Virus record (IMG/VR): IMGVR_UViG_3300032053_000009
Coordinates: 82,630 to 146,629 of that record
Source of the DNA: a virus
Lineage: Duplodnaviria; Heunggongvirae; Uroviricota; Caudoviricetes
Length of the DNA: 64,000 bases
Strand: one strand, 5' to 3'
In this document: in pieces, positions 29,501 to 37,834 of the stretch
Layout: the number at the start of each line of letters is the position of its first letter
Numbering within the stretch: position 1 is the first letter of the stretch
Made by a program: the position numbers and the translations under genes
The notes under the pieces: generated by a model
Seen by the model: only the letters and a program-made list of their open reading frames with translations
What the model was told of the DNA's origin: nothing
Database searches by the model: none

Positions 29501-30416
29501 TACCCGCTCTCTTGTCATCCATCTCGCACCACCCCTCATCAATGACGTTCTTGATCTCGGACAAATCTTGTGGATTCAATTCCGGCTGTTCATCCACCTC
29601 TCCCATGATCTTTTCCAGATTCTTCCACAGCCAAATGTAGCCAAATTTTTGCAGGTATTTGAAGGTCAGGTTCTCTTCCGAGTCCGGCTCATACGCCTCG
29701 TCCCGCTCCTCGCTGACATCATACGCCTTCTCCATGATGTCCACGAGTTCTTGTTCCAACTCACCCATCCGCTCCTGAACTCTCTTCTGAAACTTTGATC
29801 GAGACAAGGCATCCATAGTTTGTAGTGCCTCTTCAAGCGCCTCAATGTTCTGGATGTCACGCTTGGCGTCGCCAATGGATATGTCCAGCTCCTGCGTGAT
29901 TGCTTCAGCGTCATCTATAATGGAAGAGTAAATCGCTTCAGGATCAAAGTCAGATTCAACCGACCGTGGTTCCTGCTCCCACGTGTCGTTCAGCAAATCA
30001 TAAATGCCATCACTTGTGGTTGCCACCTTATCCGGCGTTTCAAAGCTGATCTCCAACGGATGGCTTGTTCCTTCCACCTTCCACTGCTGATCTCTTATGG
30101 CATCCTTGTACGTGTCAACGACCTCTTCCAGATCGGTTTTAGACAGCCCAGGATATTCAGCCTTCAGCGCATCCCAGTCCACGACAACGTGAACGTCCAG
30201 GTCTGACTTGGAGTTGTACTGCCAGCTCGTGAGGCTACCCAGGATTCTGACAGCGCCAATCCAGTTCACATCTGCCAGGTATTCATTCATCTTCGCCAGT
30301 ATGTCGGCTTTGATATTTTGCTTCAATATTCCATTCTCTTCCCACACGTCTGGGCAGAGTCCTGGCTTTGGATAATCGAGTACGTTCGCTCTCTTAATCA
30401 ATTGTTTTGTGAACAT
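26583..30416 (-). CDS. large protein, 1277 aa, with Pro-rich linker
   Basis: Uninterrupted ORF. It has an N-terminal globular domain, a long central P/E/S-rich disordered region and a C-terminal domain of about 450 aa. Confidence 0.75.
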   Translation of the reverse strand: MFTKQLIKRANVLDYPKPGLCPDVWEENGILKQNIKADILAKMNEYLADVNWIGAVRILGSLTSWQYNSKSDLDVHVVVDWDALKAEYPGLSKTDLEEVVDTYKDAIRDQQWKVEGTSHPLEISFETPDKVATTSDGIYDLLNDTWEQEPRSVESDFDPEAIYSSIIDDAEAITQELDISIGDAKRDIQNIEALEEALQTMDALSRSKFQKRVQERMGELEQELVDIMEKAYDVSEERDEAYEPDSEENLTFKYLQKFGYIWLWKNLEKIMGEVDEQPELNPQDLSEIKNVIDEGWCEMDDKRAGKTGQKVPHGTSKSTKKVQKKVKAPRTARKVAKKASWALTKQAQEPGEPRKVDNEPHHIERGDKPVEPVKPAPPPQKPEAVKPPSRSPNLPPLTVMKADEPRTDSPAEPQRRGHAWQYDEEVENQVIQVLPDLVPDYLELDFTLYRPQITITHLDEDEGVVFGDVFVELINKETGQKDGEMRLSVSANVESGVNYEPEGPEAWSGLGDVDVAIEDMKVWSGLKKWSKISDHELGTMPMRPAENEGERAMPRLSSGIYEGIHEDVEQDSSSQRGTVGTQESTSDGLESSSTWTRKEDGTVRSLRESDLTNAPSRSRQAFRDSVDVPQVSSRSPQFGSEATQGASAKTSNTRTDNESQNTKAGKTSRFSGENKERTVLQVREPQLRNAPHGLQQPIGSDLDVSSVQSESVRRESLNTSIDSQAAISLQPVYVANRVLEMVTLEKLKGMDMEAIQHEIYTWLSRNQLKYTKEDVRKIHDQLAKQTGIEPPPPKEPKPEDVAGVGPQEKPILPPTPVEEITQQRPPEPTAPPEPEVPPEIVPGQEPVLKTPVEEPTARPVPKIIGKMMRVRNAAEPAQPQKVYTYALSYRPAGFATLPKGWIPKSTKPHADYKFGTVDFPRPLTKDEIEAYQLVPLDPNDPINLKKAKDERRQRLVETIDPEQGAVIAGLYPQPAVLSKDTRADGWRLTYFAEDGQPSGHEVFADIAEAIDFVAGFKDAKIVSVPKQVPPPTPPKTYGRMMMQKVGNRFVATMKIDTDKLWGEYARIVTTHPDWKTNGHDWIIAKANGHSDFNRLLELESSFPNDPRVVQIKRLATDPQEALLDIACKVLGCHVDAGQTPFLNEKQAMSVASQFASTNGGDVPDIYGLMVSWLWVKPAAMHAHTDTEPEKSGLDKDVQPAARDRDKLEDPVEYGTQDVFPKAGAPEPDIATNAAQLVKDLLKLGNLNEDEIAEDLMSQFKLSEVQAFDIIDDAMTSK

Positions 30417-30730
30417 GATCCATCAGTAAAGCCACGAGTCACCCCAAGCGGGCGCCGTGAGCTTAACCCTCCATGCGATCTTATAACCTCAACCCAAATC
30501 AACTCATCCGGCTTGTCGAACTTAATGAACGGCCAGAACTCGCCAGGCATATATCGTCTTGTGAAAACAATGCCAGGAAACGTCTTGAACATCCACGCAT
30601 CATGTTTGGTCGCACGCTCAAATATAGAGCGGTAATGATCCGGCGGTAAAACTTCACGCCCATTATTGGCATAATAATGAACTTTGTCCATGACGTTATC
30701 CGCCAATGTACTCCGCTCCGGCAATGCCAA
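30398..30730 (-). CDS. hypothetical protein, about 100 aa
   Basis: Its end overlaps the start of the 1277-aa gene. The start codon is uncertain. Confidence 0.4.
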   Translation of the reverse strand: MALPERSTLADNVMDKVHYYANNGREVLPPDHYRSIFERATKHDAWMFKTFPGIVFTRRYMPGEFWPFIKFDKPDELIWVEVIRSHGGLSSRRPLGVTRGFTDGSCSQNN

Positions 30731-30959
30731 TCACCCACGCTCCGCTGCCCTGAACGTACACGCCGTTCTTGAAATCAAGTCCGTTCGGAAACGGATGAGA
30801 GTTGCTTCCCACGGCAGTGAGAAGAGTCGTCATCGTTATCCCATTGGCTCCGGTCGTGCTGTCAAAGAGCTGAGCATTTGTCGTGACTTGAACGGATGTC
30901 ACTTTACCGCTGCCTATGATCGCTTGTGCGTTTCCTGTTCCCCAAATTGGTTTGGCCAT
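30696..30959 (-). CDS. small Gly/Thr-rich protein, 87 aa (start MAKPIWG)
   Basis: A perfect AAGGAGGAAcaaATG RBS precedes the start. Confidence 0.45.
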   Translation of the reverse strand: MAKPIWGTGNAQAIIGSGKVTSVQVTTNAQLFDSTTGANGITMTTLLTAVGSNSHPFPNGLDFKNGVYVQGSGAWVIGIAGAEYIGG

Positions 30960-31177
30960 TTGTTCCTCCTTAGATTGTTCGTGGCGCCAGCTCTTCTGAC
31001 AGCATGGCTTCACATTCTTTGATCTTAATCAGAATCTTTTTCAGCATTTCTGGTCTTAGCATATCCTTGTTAAGAAACTCCGACTCCGCAGATAAGCAAT
31101 TCATCAGCGTCTCTTCCGTATGCTCAAGCTGGGCTTCAATGACGAAACCCAGAATGACGCTGTTGCCATGAGCGAGT

Positions 31178-32563
31178 TTATATCTCTCCAAACCCCGCCT
31201 CCAAGTCCGCTTGCACTTCTTGAAGCAGCGCCAAATCGTCAGAGACGAGTCCAATGGCGTCGGCTGCAAGCGCTTTCAAAGAATTGAACCAGCCTTTGAT
31301 CGTGTCCCAGAACGATGCTGACATGACGTTCAGGCTTGACTTCGTTTGCGGCGTCTCCATCAGCTTCGTCAACTGTTCGGGACTGAGTTTTTCCAGCTCA
31401 GGCGCTTGCAGTTCTTTTGGCCGCTTCTTTTCCTCGGTCTCAAGGTAGGCGCTGAAGCTCTCTGCTATCGGCTCCATCTTTGTAAAATCCTGCACGATCT
31501 CTTGATAGCGTGCCATCTTCTTCGGGCTGACAATCTCTTCAATGGTGGCGATGGCGGCGTTGACCTTCTCAACTGAGCGTAACGCCGACACCAGTCGTTC
31601 TGAAGATGTCTTAAACGTGTACACCATGTTGCCAAGCAAAAATTCTTTCTGTTCCAGCAAGCGGGCAAGTTCGTTCATGTACTCTTCAGCGCCTTTAGCT
31701 TCTTCCTCAAGTTTCGGGATGCCCAGCTTCGTTCTTAACTTGGCTTGGTAATCCTTAACCTGCTCGTTCATGAGCGCCACCGCAGCGTACAAAGTTTCCA
31801 GCTTGTCATTGACGGCAAGAATTTTCTTAACCGCAATCTCTTTCGCTGACATCTCAGCCACGCCACGCTCTTCACCTTTCTTAGGCGCATCTGTTTCTTT
31901 CTTCTTAAGAAAATCCAAAACGTCCGCTTGCTTAAGCATAAGTCCCATCCTCCTCATATAATTCACAACCTGCTGAGCCGAGAACAGCCCGTGGCTGTCC
32001 CAAAAAATCCGCATCGCCCGATCAACCCTGTCCTTCTGGCCGACCGTGAGCTGGAAATAGGTCAGGCCGTAAATGATGTTGGAGATCTGGTTGCGGGTCT
32101 CCATTTCCTGATGAATCATGCGTGGAAACGGCTGGTCAGCTTGAAACGCTTTGACGCCATTCTGCCGTACATCTGCCGTCAGCGTCCTGTCCATGAGCAC
32201 GCCATGTCCTTCTGGATCTGCCATTGGGTTTTCCTTTGGCCGCTTGGTGGTTTTGTACGGTGCATGAACAAGAGGCTGATCTTTGTTGCTCTTCTCCACC
32301 AGCCCTTCAAAGGATTGCAGATGCTCCGTTCCGGTTTCACCCACCAGCGTGCCCGTGTCACCACGCTGGCTGTACGGAATAGAGAACGAACAATCTGGGC
32401 ACGTGAACGCCTTGAACGGCGTCAACGGCTGCGTGGTTAAGATCATCTTACGCTGACAGTTCGGGCACCCAGGCGTGTAGTTCTGACTGGTGTCGTAGTC
32501 ATAAGGATGAACGGCATCCTGACTTGGACTGTTGTCTAATGGTCCGTCAGCAAATCGTTTCAT
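31178..32563 (-). CDS. zinc-ribbon/coiled-coil protein, 461 aa
   Basis: The N-terminus carries CPNC...CPDC. The C-terminal two-thirds are helical. It forms a TAATG overlap with the upstream gene. Confidence 0.65.
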   Translation of the reverse strand: MKRFADGPLDNSPSQDAVHPYDYDTSQNYTPGCPNCQRKMILTTQPLTPFKAFTCPDCSFSIPYSQRGDTGTLVGETGTEHLQSFEGLVEKSNKDQPLVHAPYKTTKRPKENPMADPEGHGVLMDRTLTADVRQNGVKAFQADQPFPRMIHQEMETRNQISNIIYGLTYFQLTVGQKDRVDRAMRIFWDSHGLFSAQQVVNYMRRMGLMLKQADVLDFLKKKETDAPKKGEERGVAEMSAKEIAVKKILAVNDKLETLYAAVALMNEQVKDYQAKLRTKLGIPKLEEEAKGAEEYMNELARLLEQKEFLLGNMVYTFKTSSERLVSALRSVEKVNAAIATIEEIVSPKKMARYQEIVQDFTKMEPIAESFSAYLETEEKKRPKELQAPELEKLSPEQLTKLMETPQTKSSLNVMSASFWDTIKGWFNSLKALAADAIGLVSDDLALLQEVQADLEAGFGEI

Positions 32564-34212
32564 TATTTTCCTTCGTAGATCACGAACGGCATATCCAGAT
32601 CTTTCACATATCTCATGATCGCAGACGCTTTCTTAAGCGACCAATTCATCTTGCCCGCCGTCACGTAAGCAATCACAGCCGGATCTTGAGACACGATTGG
32701 GCTTTCTTGATCTGACTCAAGCCACAGCTCCCAAGCTCCATTGTGGTAATTCAAAGACGACTTCTTCTTCCCGCCTGGCTTATAGCCTTCGCCCTTCATC
32801 CACCATGCCAATGCCCACGGGTTGTCCACTTTGTCCTTGTGCTTCTTCAGCTTCTTCACCGTGCCTTCCCAGCCTTCCGGCGCCACCGCAACCTTCTTCT
32901 GACTAGACTCCGTTTCCATCTTCTCTTCCTTGGTCATGGTTGTCCCCCAACACCCAGGACAGCCAGTCTTGTCCTTGCCAAGCCCTGAGCCAGCGGGAAT
33001 CCATTGGTCACACGTGGAGCAATACCGTGCCCCTGGCTTGTTGGCGTTGATGTCTTCGTACTCGTCAGCCGCCTTCACTTCCTTGACAGTCTGCTCCGTG
33101 TTGTCGCCTTCAGGTCCCTTCGGTGTCGTCTGATAATCCGGCTTGCCATCCTTGTCAAGCCCCACCAGCGGCGTCACCTTGGTCTCCATTGTCATCGGCA
33201 GCTCTTCTTTCATCGCATCCGACTTCTCATTCGCCTTTTCCATGCTGTCGTAGACGCCGACCTCTTTCCACGTCTTGGTCAATTCGTCCAGCGCTTCAAG
33301 CCTGTACTTAATTTTCTTCGGCGTGGGATTCAAGGTCTCAGGTTCCTGCGGGTTGGATTTGGTGGCGCCAGGTTTGTCGGTCGGGTAATCAACGCCAGCG
33401 CTCATCGTCATCTTTGATGGAGCGGGCTTGGACACAGGCGCTTTCTTCATGCCTTCCTGTTCCTCTTCTTCCAGCTCGTAGCCTTGCAGGTAATCCATGA
33501 GCGGGTTGCGCTCACGGTCGGCCATACCGATGGTGCCTTCAGGATTGTCACTTGGTCCTTGCATAGCGCCGTCATCAGCTTGAACAGCGGTGCCGGATTC
33601 GTCACCCATCTTCACATCTGCGGTGGCCAGCTCTTCCTGCGTCACCCACTGCTCCTGTCCGTTCTCCCACGCAATCAAAACCCGATCAGGATCAACGTGC
33701 ATGACGTGTCCTTTGCCCATCGTTGGAGACGTGACGCTGCGGCCAGCGTCATTGGTTTTGATCATCTCATAACCTGGGATCGTTTCAGCAATTTCTTCTG
33801 CGTGCCGCAACAAATCCTTTTTGGCCTGAGCGATCAACCGGATAGCCATCATGGGATCAATGACGGAACCGAACACGCCCTTCAAATAATTTTGCAAATC
33901 CGATGTGACTAACGCCAAGCGCTCATCAACAACGTGCAGATCAGCGTACCGCTTTTCAAACACCTCGCCCTCCACCGACGCCATGATCGTTTTGATCCGG
34001 CTCTGCGCTTTCATCAAAGATCCGATCTTGTGCAAGGCTTCAGCGATCCGGCGCTGAGCGCAATACGCCTCCACTTCAATGTCCTGCGCCATACGTTCCA
34101 GATCAACGTGGCTCTCTGCCTTCTCCCAATCCAAATTGATATTGGCTGTGACGATTCTCTCAGCCGCATCAATCAACATATTGTCCGCAACACCTGTTTC
34201 AAATGATCCCAT
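32563..34212 (-). CDS. large partly disordered protein with CxxC...CxxC module, 549 aa
   Basis: It has an AGGAGGAA RBS and lies immediately downstream of TerL. A long K/E/P-rich disordered region is present. Confidence 0.65.
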   Translation of the reverse strand: MGSFETGVADNMLIDAAERIVTANINLDWEKAESHVDLERMAQDIEVEAYCAQRRIAEALHKIGSLMKAQSRIKTIMASVEGEVFEKRYADLHVVDERLALVTSDLQNYLKGVFGSVIDPMMAIRLIAQAKKDLLRHAEEIAETIPGYEMIKTNDAGRSVTSPTMGKGHVMHVDPDRVLIAWENGQEQWVTQEELATADVKMGDESGTAVQADDGAMQGPSDNPEGTIGMADRERNPLMDYLQGYELEEEEQEGMKKAPVSKPAPSKMTMSAGVDYPTDKPGATKSNPQEPETLNPTPKKIKYRLEALDELTKTWKEVGVYDSMEKANEKSDAMKEELPMTMETKVTPLVGLDKDGKPDYQTTPKGPEGDNTEQTVKEVKAADEYEDINANKPGARYCSTCDQWIPAGSGLGKDKTGCPGCWGTTMTKEEKMETESSQKKVAVAPEGWEGTVKKLKKHKDKVDNPWALAWWMKGEGYKPGGKKKSSLNYHNGAWELWLESDQESPIVSQDPAVIAYVTAGKMNWSLKKASAIMRYVKDLDMPFVIYEGK

Positions 34213-34231
34213 TGTATTCCTCCTGTTTAAC

Positions 34232-35998
34232 TCAAGCGGTTTTCCCTGCGTGAAATCTTGCCTTCACTCCCTCGCCCGTATCCAACGACATGGAAACGGT
34301 TTCCCCTTCATCATCTGAAGCGGATAAATTTTCGCTGACGTATTCACCTTCATCAAAGCCAAGCAACCCCAGCGGCTCGATCAAAACCTTGACGGCGCCA
34401 ACACACGTATCCGCCACGTCCTTGCTACCCGTGTCGGGGTGATCGACTTTGAGACCTTTCAAAAGCTCAAGCGCCTTGATTTCAATGATCTGTTTCGGAT
34501 AATTCAACAAACTAATCCGTTGAAAGTAAATTTGTTCCTTGAAATTCTTGTAATCCTGTAGATCCAATCGGTAGGTTGTGCTGGAAATGCCAGCCGCTCG
34601 CAGGTTCTGAACCATCTGCGCTGAGTTCCATTGATCGAAGTAAACGCCTTTGACAATGATCTTGCTGGAAATTTGTTTTATGATTTCTTCAATATTGGGA
34701 AAGCTGACGATGAGCTTCTTCTTCGGGTCTGGCTCCCACGCCGTCACCGCATCTTGAATAAAATTAATAGACGAAGCGCCTTTAGGCAGCATGAAACGTT
34801 CAGCGTGAAATATGGAAAACCCAGCGCTGTCGTTGTTAAGTCCCAGATCAATTGTAATAATATGTTCATGGCGCAAAAATGCTGGCACGTTCCACTTCAC
34901 CAGCCTCTTCATAATGTACTTGCCTTCCGTGTAAGTTTCAAACTCTATTAACGGCTTGCGGTTGTCATCCACGCAAGCGTCCACCATCTCCACCTTCTCT
35001 ATAAAGGGCGACTCCGCTCCTGGCGGCAGGCACATATATTTTGCCTTGGCATCAGTGGGATCTCGGTCGAAATGTTCCTTAAACTCAAGCGGCACTTCAT
35101 AACTTTCAAATGTGAACCACTGACCGGAGAAACATTCCCTGGGTTTGATCTGCCACGTGAACCCTTTGTCGGCGTAGACGTGCAGCTTGTCCTGCGCCCA
35201 GTCGTACATCTTCTCTATGAAGTCCCCTTCGTACCGTGGATAAGAAAGCAGAAAACTTTTAACCGACGTGCCGAACCGTGACTTCGCCGACGAGTCCAAC
35301 ATATTGTAAATCTTGCTGGCATTGCGAGTTTGCGTCTTGTCTTTGAACGCCGAGATCTCGTCGCAAACGTAGGTGAGGATGTTCATACCTTCGGTGGATT
35401 CTTGTTCGGAGTGGCGGGAAAAAGCTCGCAGTCGTTTCGGGAAGAAGATGGAGTTTTTGTTGACCGTGATAACGTTCTCGTATTGCCATTCTTCCGCAGG
35501 CTCGACGAAGCGACCGCTCATTTTAATCGGGTACTTCTGCTTCAGCCACGCCCAATTGAGAACGTTGTTTTTGAGCTTGTCGAAGAAGACGTTGAGCGCC
35601 TGGTCGCTTGAGTACGCCACGTTCACGCAGTCGATGGTGTCCCTCACCGAAATCCCAGGGAACTTGGCTTGCGGGCGCCTCATGCACAACAAAACGTGGA
35701 TCAGGTAAAGAATAATATGGCACGAGATAGTATCTTTACCTGATCCTTTGCCCCATTCCAGCACGGCTGTAGAATTTATGTTGTCAAAAATCTTTTTTGG
35801 ATCGTCGCCAAGCATGAAGTCGGCAACGCTGTACTGTCGGTCGCTATAGGAAGGGTAGTCCATGTGAAACGGAGATGTGATAAAATTGTGAAACGTCATC
35901 GGCTCTTCATCCCAAACAACGATGTGTCGATCTCCGGTAACGGATTTCGACTTTAATCCCGCCGCTGCTTCCGTGATGTAATTGTCAAGTGAGAGCAT
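34232..35998 (-). CDS. terL: terminase large subunit, 588 aa
   Basis: Walker A (GKGSGKDT) and Walker B-like (VCDEISAF) motifs are present. The C-terminal nuclease region contains ITIDLGLNNDSAGFSIFHAE. Confidence 0.8.
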   Translation of the reverse strand: MLSLDNYITEAAAGLKSKSVTGDRHIVVWDEEPMTFHNFITSPFHMDYPSYSDRQYSVADFMLGDDPKKIFDNINSTAVLEWGKGSGKDTISCHIILYLIHVLLCMRRPQAKFPGISVRDTIDCVNVAYSSDQALNVFFDKLKNNVLNWAWLKQKYPIKMSGRFVEPAEEWQYENVITVNKNSIFFPKRLRAFSRHSEQESTEGMNILTYVCDEISAFKDKTQTRNASKIYNMLDSSAKSRFGTSVKSFLLSYPRYEGDFIEKMYDWAQDKLHVYADKGFTWQIKPRECFSGQWFTFESYEVPLEFKEHFDRDPTDAKAKYMCLPPGAESPFIEKVEMVDACVDDNRKPLIEFETYTEGKYIMKRLVKWNVPAFLRHEHIITIDLGLNNDSAGFSIFHAERFMLPKGASSINFIQDAVTAWEPDPKKKLIVSFPNIEEIIKQISSKIIVKGVYFDQWNSAQMVQNLRAAGISSTTYRLDLQDYKNFKEQIYFQRISLLNYPKQIIEIKALELLKGLKVDHPDTGSKDVADTCVGAVKVLIEPLGLLGFDEGEYVSENLSASDDEGETVSMSLDTGEGVKARFHAGKTA

Positions 35999-36054
35999 AA
36001 ATAAAAAAACCCATCACCAAAACGAAGCTGGGACGTGTTCGTGGACGATGGGTT
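35999..36054 (-). terminator. hairpin + U-tract terminator abutting the TerL start codon
   Basis: On the minus strand, AACCCATC pairs with GATGGGTT and is followed by TTTTTTTATTT, which runs straight into the ATG of TerL. Confidence 0.5.
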
Positions 36055-36089
36055 CCAGAGTCATATTGTCCTTCCTTGTCAATGTAGTC

Positions 36090-36578
36090 TCATGATTGCA
36101 ATATCCTCCGTATCAGATCCTCTGTTTTCATTTTCAATTGGTCTCGGTATTCAAATAGAACTTTCTCCTGAGTCTCATCAGGAACGTACTTCAAAAAATA
36201 ATCCACGCTCGTCCGTGCCGCTTCAACGACGACATTCTCAAGAAGTTTCTCAAGATCGAGCTTGTTATCAAATCGACTAAAGCTGTCCAAAATACTTTTA
36301 AGATCCGAGCACAACGCCATCAGCGTGTCTTCAATGTGCCCACGATAAAGATGCTTCTGACACTTATCGCACGTGACAGCGATGGCGTCTTTCTCGTCAC
36401 GCTTCAACTTCTTAATGCGTGCCTTGTACAGCTTCCGAAGCCACTGACGATCTTTGAGAACGCTGGTGTACGTCTTGTTAAGACCGCCGCCAATGAGTAA
36501 TGAGATACCTTTACCATTTGTGGCTTTCGCTTCGCCATCAATTTTAACAGAACTCCGCACCATTACGCCACAGCCCAA
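36090..36578 (-). CDS. hypothetical protein, 162 aa
   Basis: It is the last ORF of the replication operon before the terminator. Confidence 0.45.
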   Translation of the reverse strand: MGCGVMVRSSVKIDGEAKATNGKGISLLIGGGLNKTYTSVLKDRQWLRKLYKARIKKLKRDEKDAIAVTCDKCQKHLYRGHIEDTLMALCSDLKSILDSFSRFDNKLDLEKLLENVVVEAARTSVDYFLKYVPDETQEKVLFEYRDQLKMKTEDLIRRILQS

Positions 36579-37234
36579 TCTTCTGAAAAACCCGCACTCT
36601 CTAATTTATAACGCAAATAGTTGAAGACGTTGTGAACTTTGTCAGGATACCATTGCGATTCCGGCTCCGCTGTCTGCAACGCTTCCGTTAGCGATCTCAA
36701 GGTCAGCTCTTCCGGCGCTGCCTCAAGAATAAGATTGAGCACGCTTAATCCAAGACGAGCTTCCTTCGAGGAATCAGATTGAAGATCGGTCTGAATTTTA
36801 TCAATGATCGCTTCGGCTTCGCCGGATTGCAAAATCTCATACACGTCTTGCTCAAGCGATACCAACTGCTTTTGCAAGTGTTCTGATTCTTGGCTGCGCT
36901 CGTCTTCAAGCGCCAAGTCTTCGAGCGCTATCGGAATGTGTTTCTTCTCCACATAAAAGTGAGAAACAATATCATGAAGCTCGTTGCGCAACGATTGAAA
37001 AATATAATTTTCCCATTCCGAATCTGAGTAGGACGGATCGTATCTGTCGATCACTTCAAGAAGGGTTTGTCTTAATTCCTGTTCGGCGTTCTCGGCGTCA
37101 AACTCAGGATAAAGGTGAAAGGCGTCTTTAACAATGTAGGTAATGAATTGATCGAAGTGGTTGTAATATTCTCGAAGAGCTGTTTTATCGCCACGATCTT
37201 CGTGAAGGCGTTTCGTGGCTTCTGACAAATTCAT
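36563..37234 (-). CDS. sigma-70-family-like transcription factor, 223 aa
   Basis: A region-2-like motif (DRYDPSYSDSEWENYIFQSLRNELHD) and a C-terminal helix-turn-helix-like segment are present. Confidence 0.4.
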   Translation of the reverse strand: MNLSEATKRLHEDRGDKTALREYYNHFDQFITYIVKDAFHLYPEFDAENAEQELRQTLLEVIDRYDPSYSDSEWENYIFQSLRNELHDIVSHFYVEKKHIPIALEDLALEDERSQESEHLQKQLVSLEQDVYEILQSGEAEAIIDKIQTDLQSDSSKEARLGLSVLNLILEAAPEELTLRSLTEALQTAEPESQWYPDKVHNVFNYLRYKLESAGFSEDWAVA

Positions 37235-37452
37235 GCAGGCACCCCAATCTCAGCAGTTTTCACTTCTTCAATGGCAACGAACGGACTGTACGGCGACGGG
37301 AGGCTTATAAACAACTGCGGACACCTCAAGCATCTCGTCTTAAATCCACGATACCACTTTGGGAATCCAGCGTCTTCGGGCTTGACGTTCTGACGCTTCT
37401 CATAAAAAGCCAATATGACTTCATCACTCACATCAAACTTATGAAGGCACAT
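37231..37452 (-). CDS. hypothetical protein, 73 aa
   Basis: Small ORF packed between neighbouring genes. Confidence 0.35.
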   Translation of the reverse strand: MCLHKFDVSDEVILAFYEKRQNVKPEDAGFPKWYRGFKTRCLRCPQLFISLPSPYSPFVAIEEVKTAEIGVPA

Positions 37453-37498
37453 ATCACCACCCCATTAAGTCAATTATAATACACAAAAACAAACAAAA

Positions 37499-37834
37499 CT
37501 ACTGGCAACTAACAGCACGCCATTGTCTCCTATTTCTGTTTTGTTCTTGTTTGGTAGCCCATCTGATATTCCCAGGTACATAACTGCCATCATTGTTAAT
37601 GCGATCAATGGAATGTTTTGGCGATGGACGCAAGCCAATAGTTGATTGTAAATAAGATAAAAAATTAACAAACTTATGCCACGAAGGATGAACAGAAATT
37701 CCCCGCCCACCATAATATCTATAGCGCTGGTCGTTCTTATTCTCACAATGTTGAATCATATGATTCCAAACACTATATTCTGGACGACGATCTTTATTGT
37801 TACGATTGTAACCATGTAACGAATAATGTCTCAT
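37499..37834 (-). CDS. HNH_3-like endonuclease fragment, 111 aa
   Basis: The C-terminus (HSIDRINNDGSYVPGNIRWATKQEQNRN) matches the HNH_3 core. A membrane-like ORF at 37474-37746 overlaps it in another frame. Confidence 0.4.
   Translation of the reverse strand: MRHYSLHGYNRNNKDRRPEYSVWNHMIQHCENKNDQRYRYYGGRGISVHPSWHKFVNFLSYLQSTIGLRPSPKHSIDRINNDGSYVPGNIRWATKQEQNRNRRQWRAVSCQ

Noticed and set aside
37474-37746. 90-aa membrane-like minus ORF
   Set aside because: It overlaps the HNH_3-like ORF 37499-37834 in another frame. The HNH_3 C-terminal motif favours the other frame. This one was not fully excluded.
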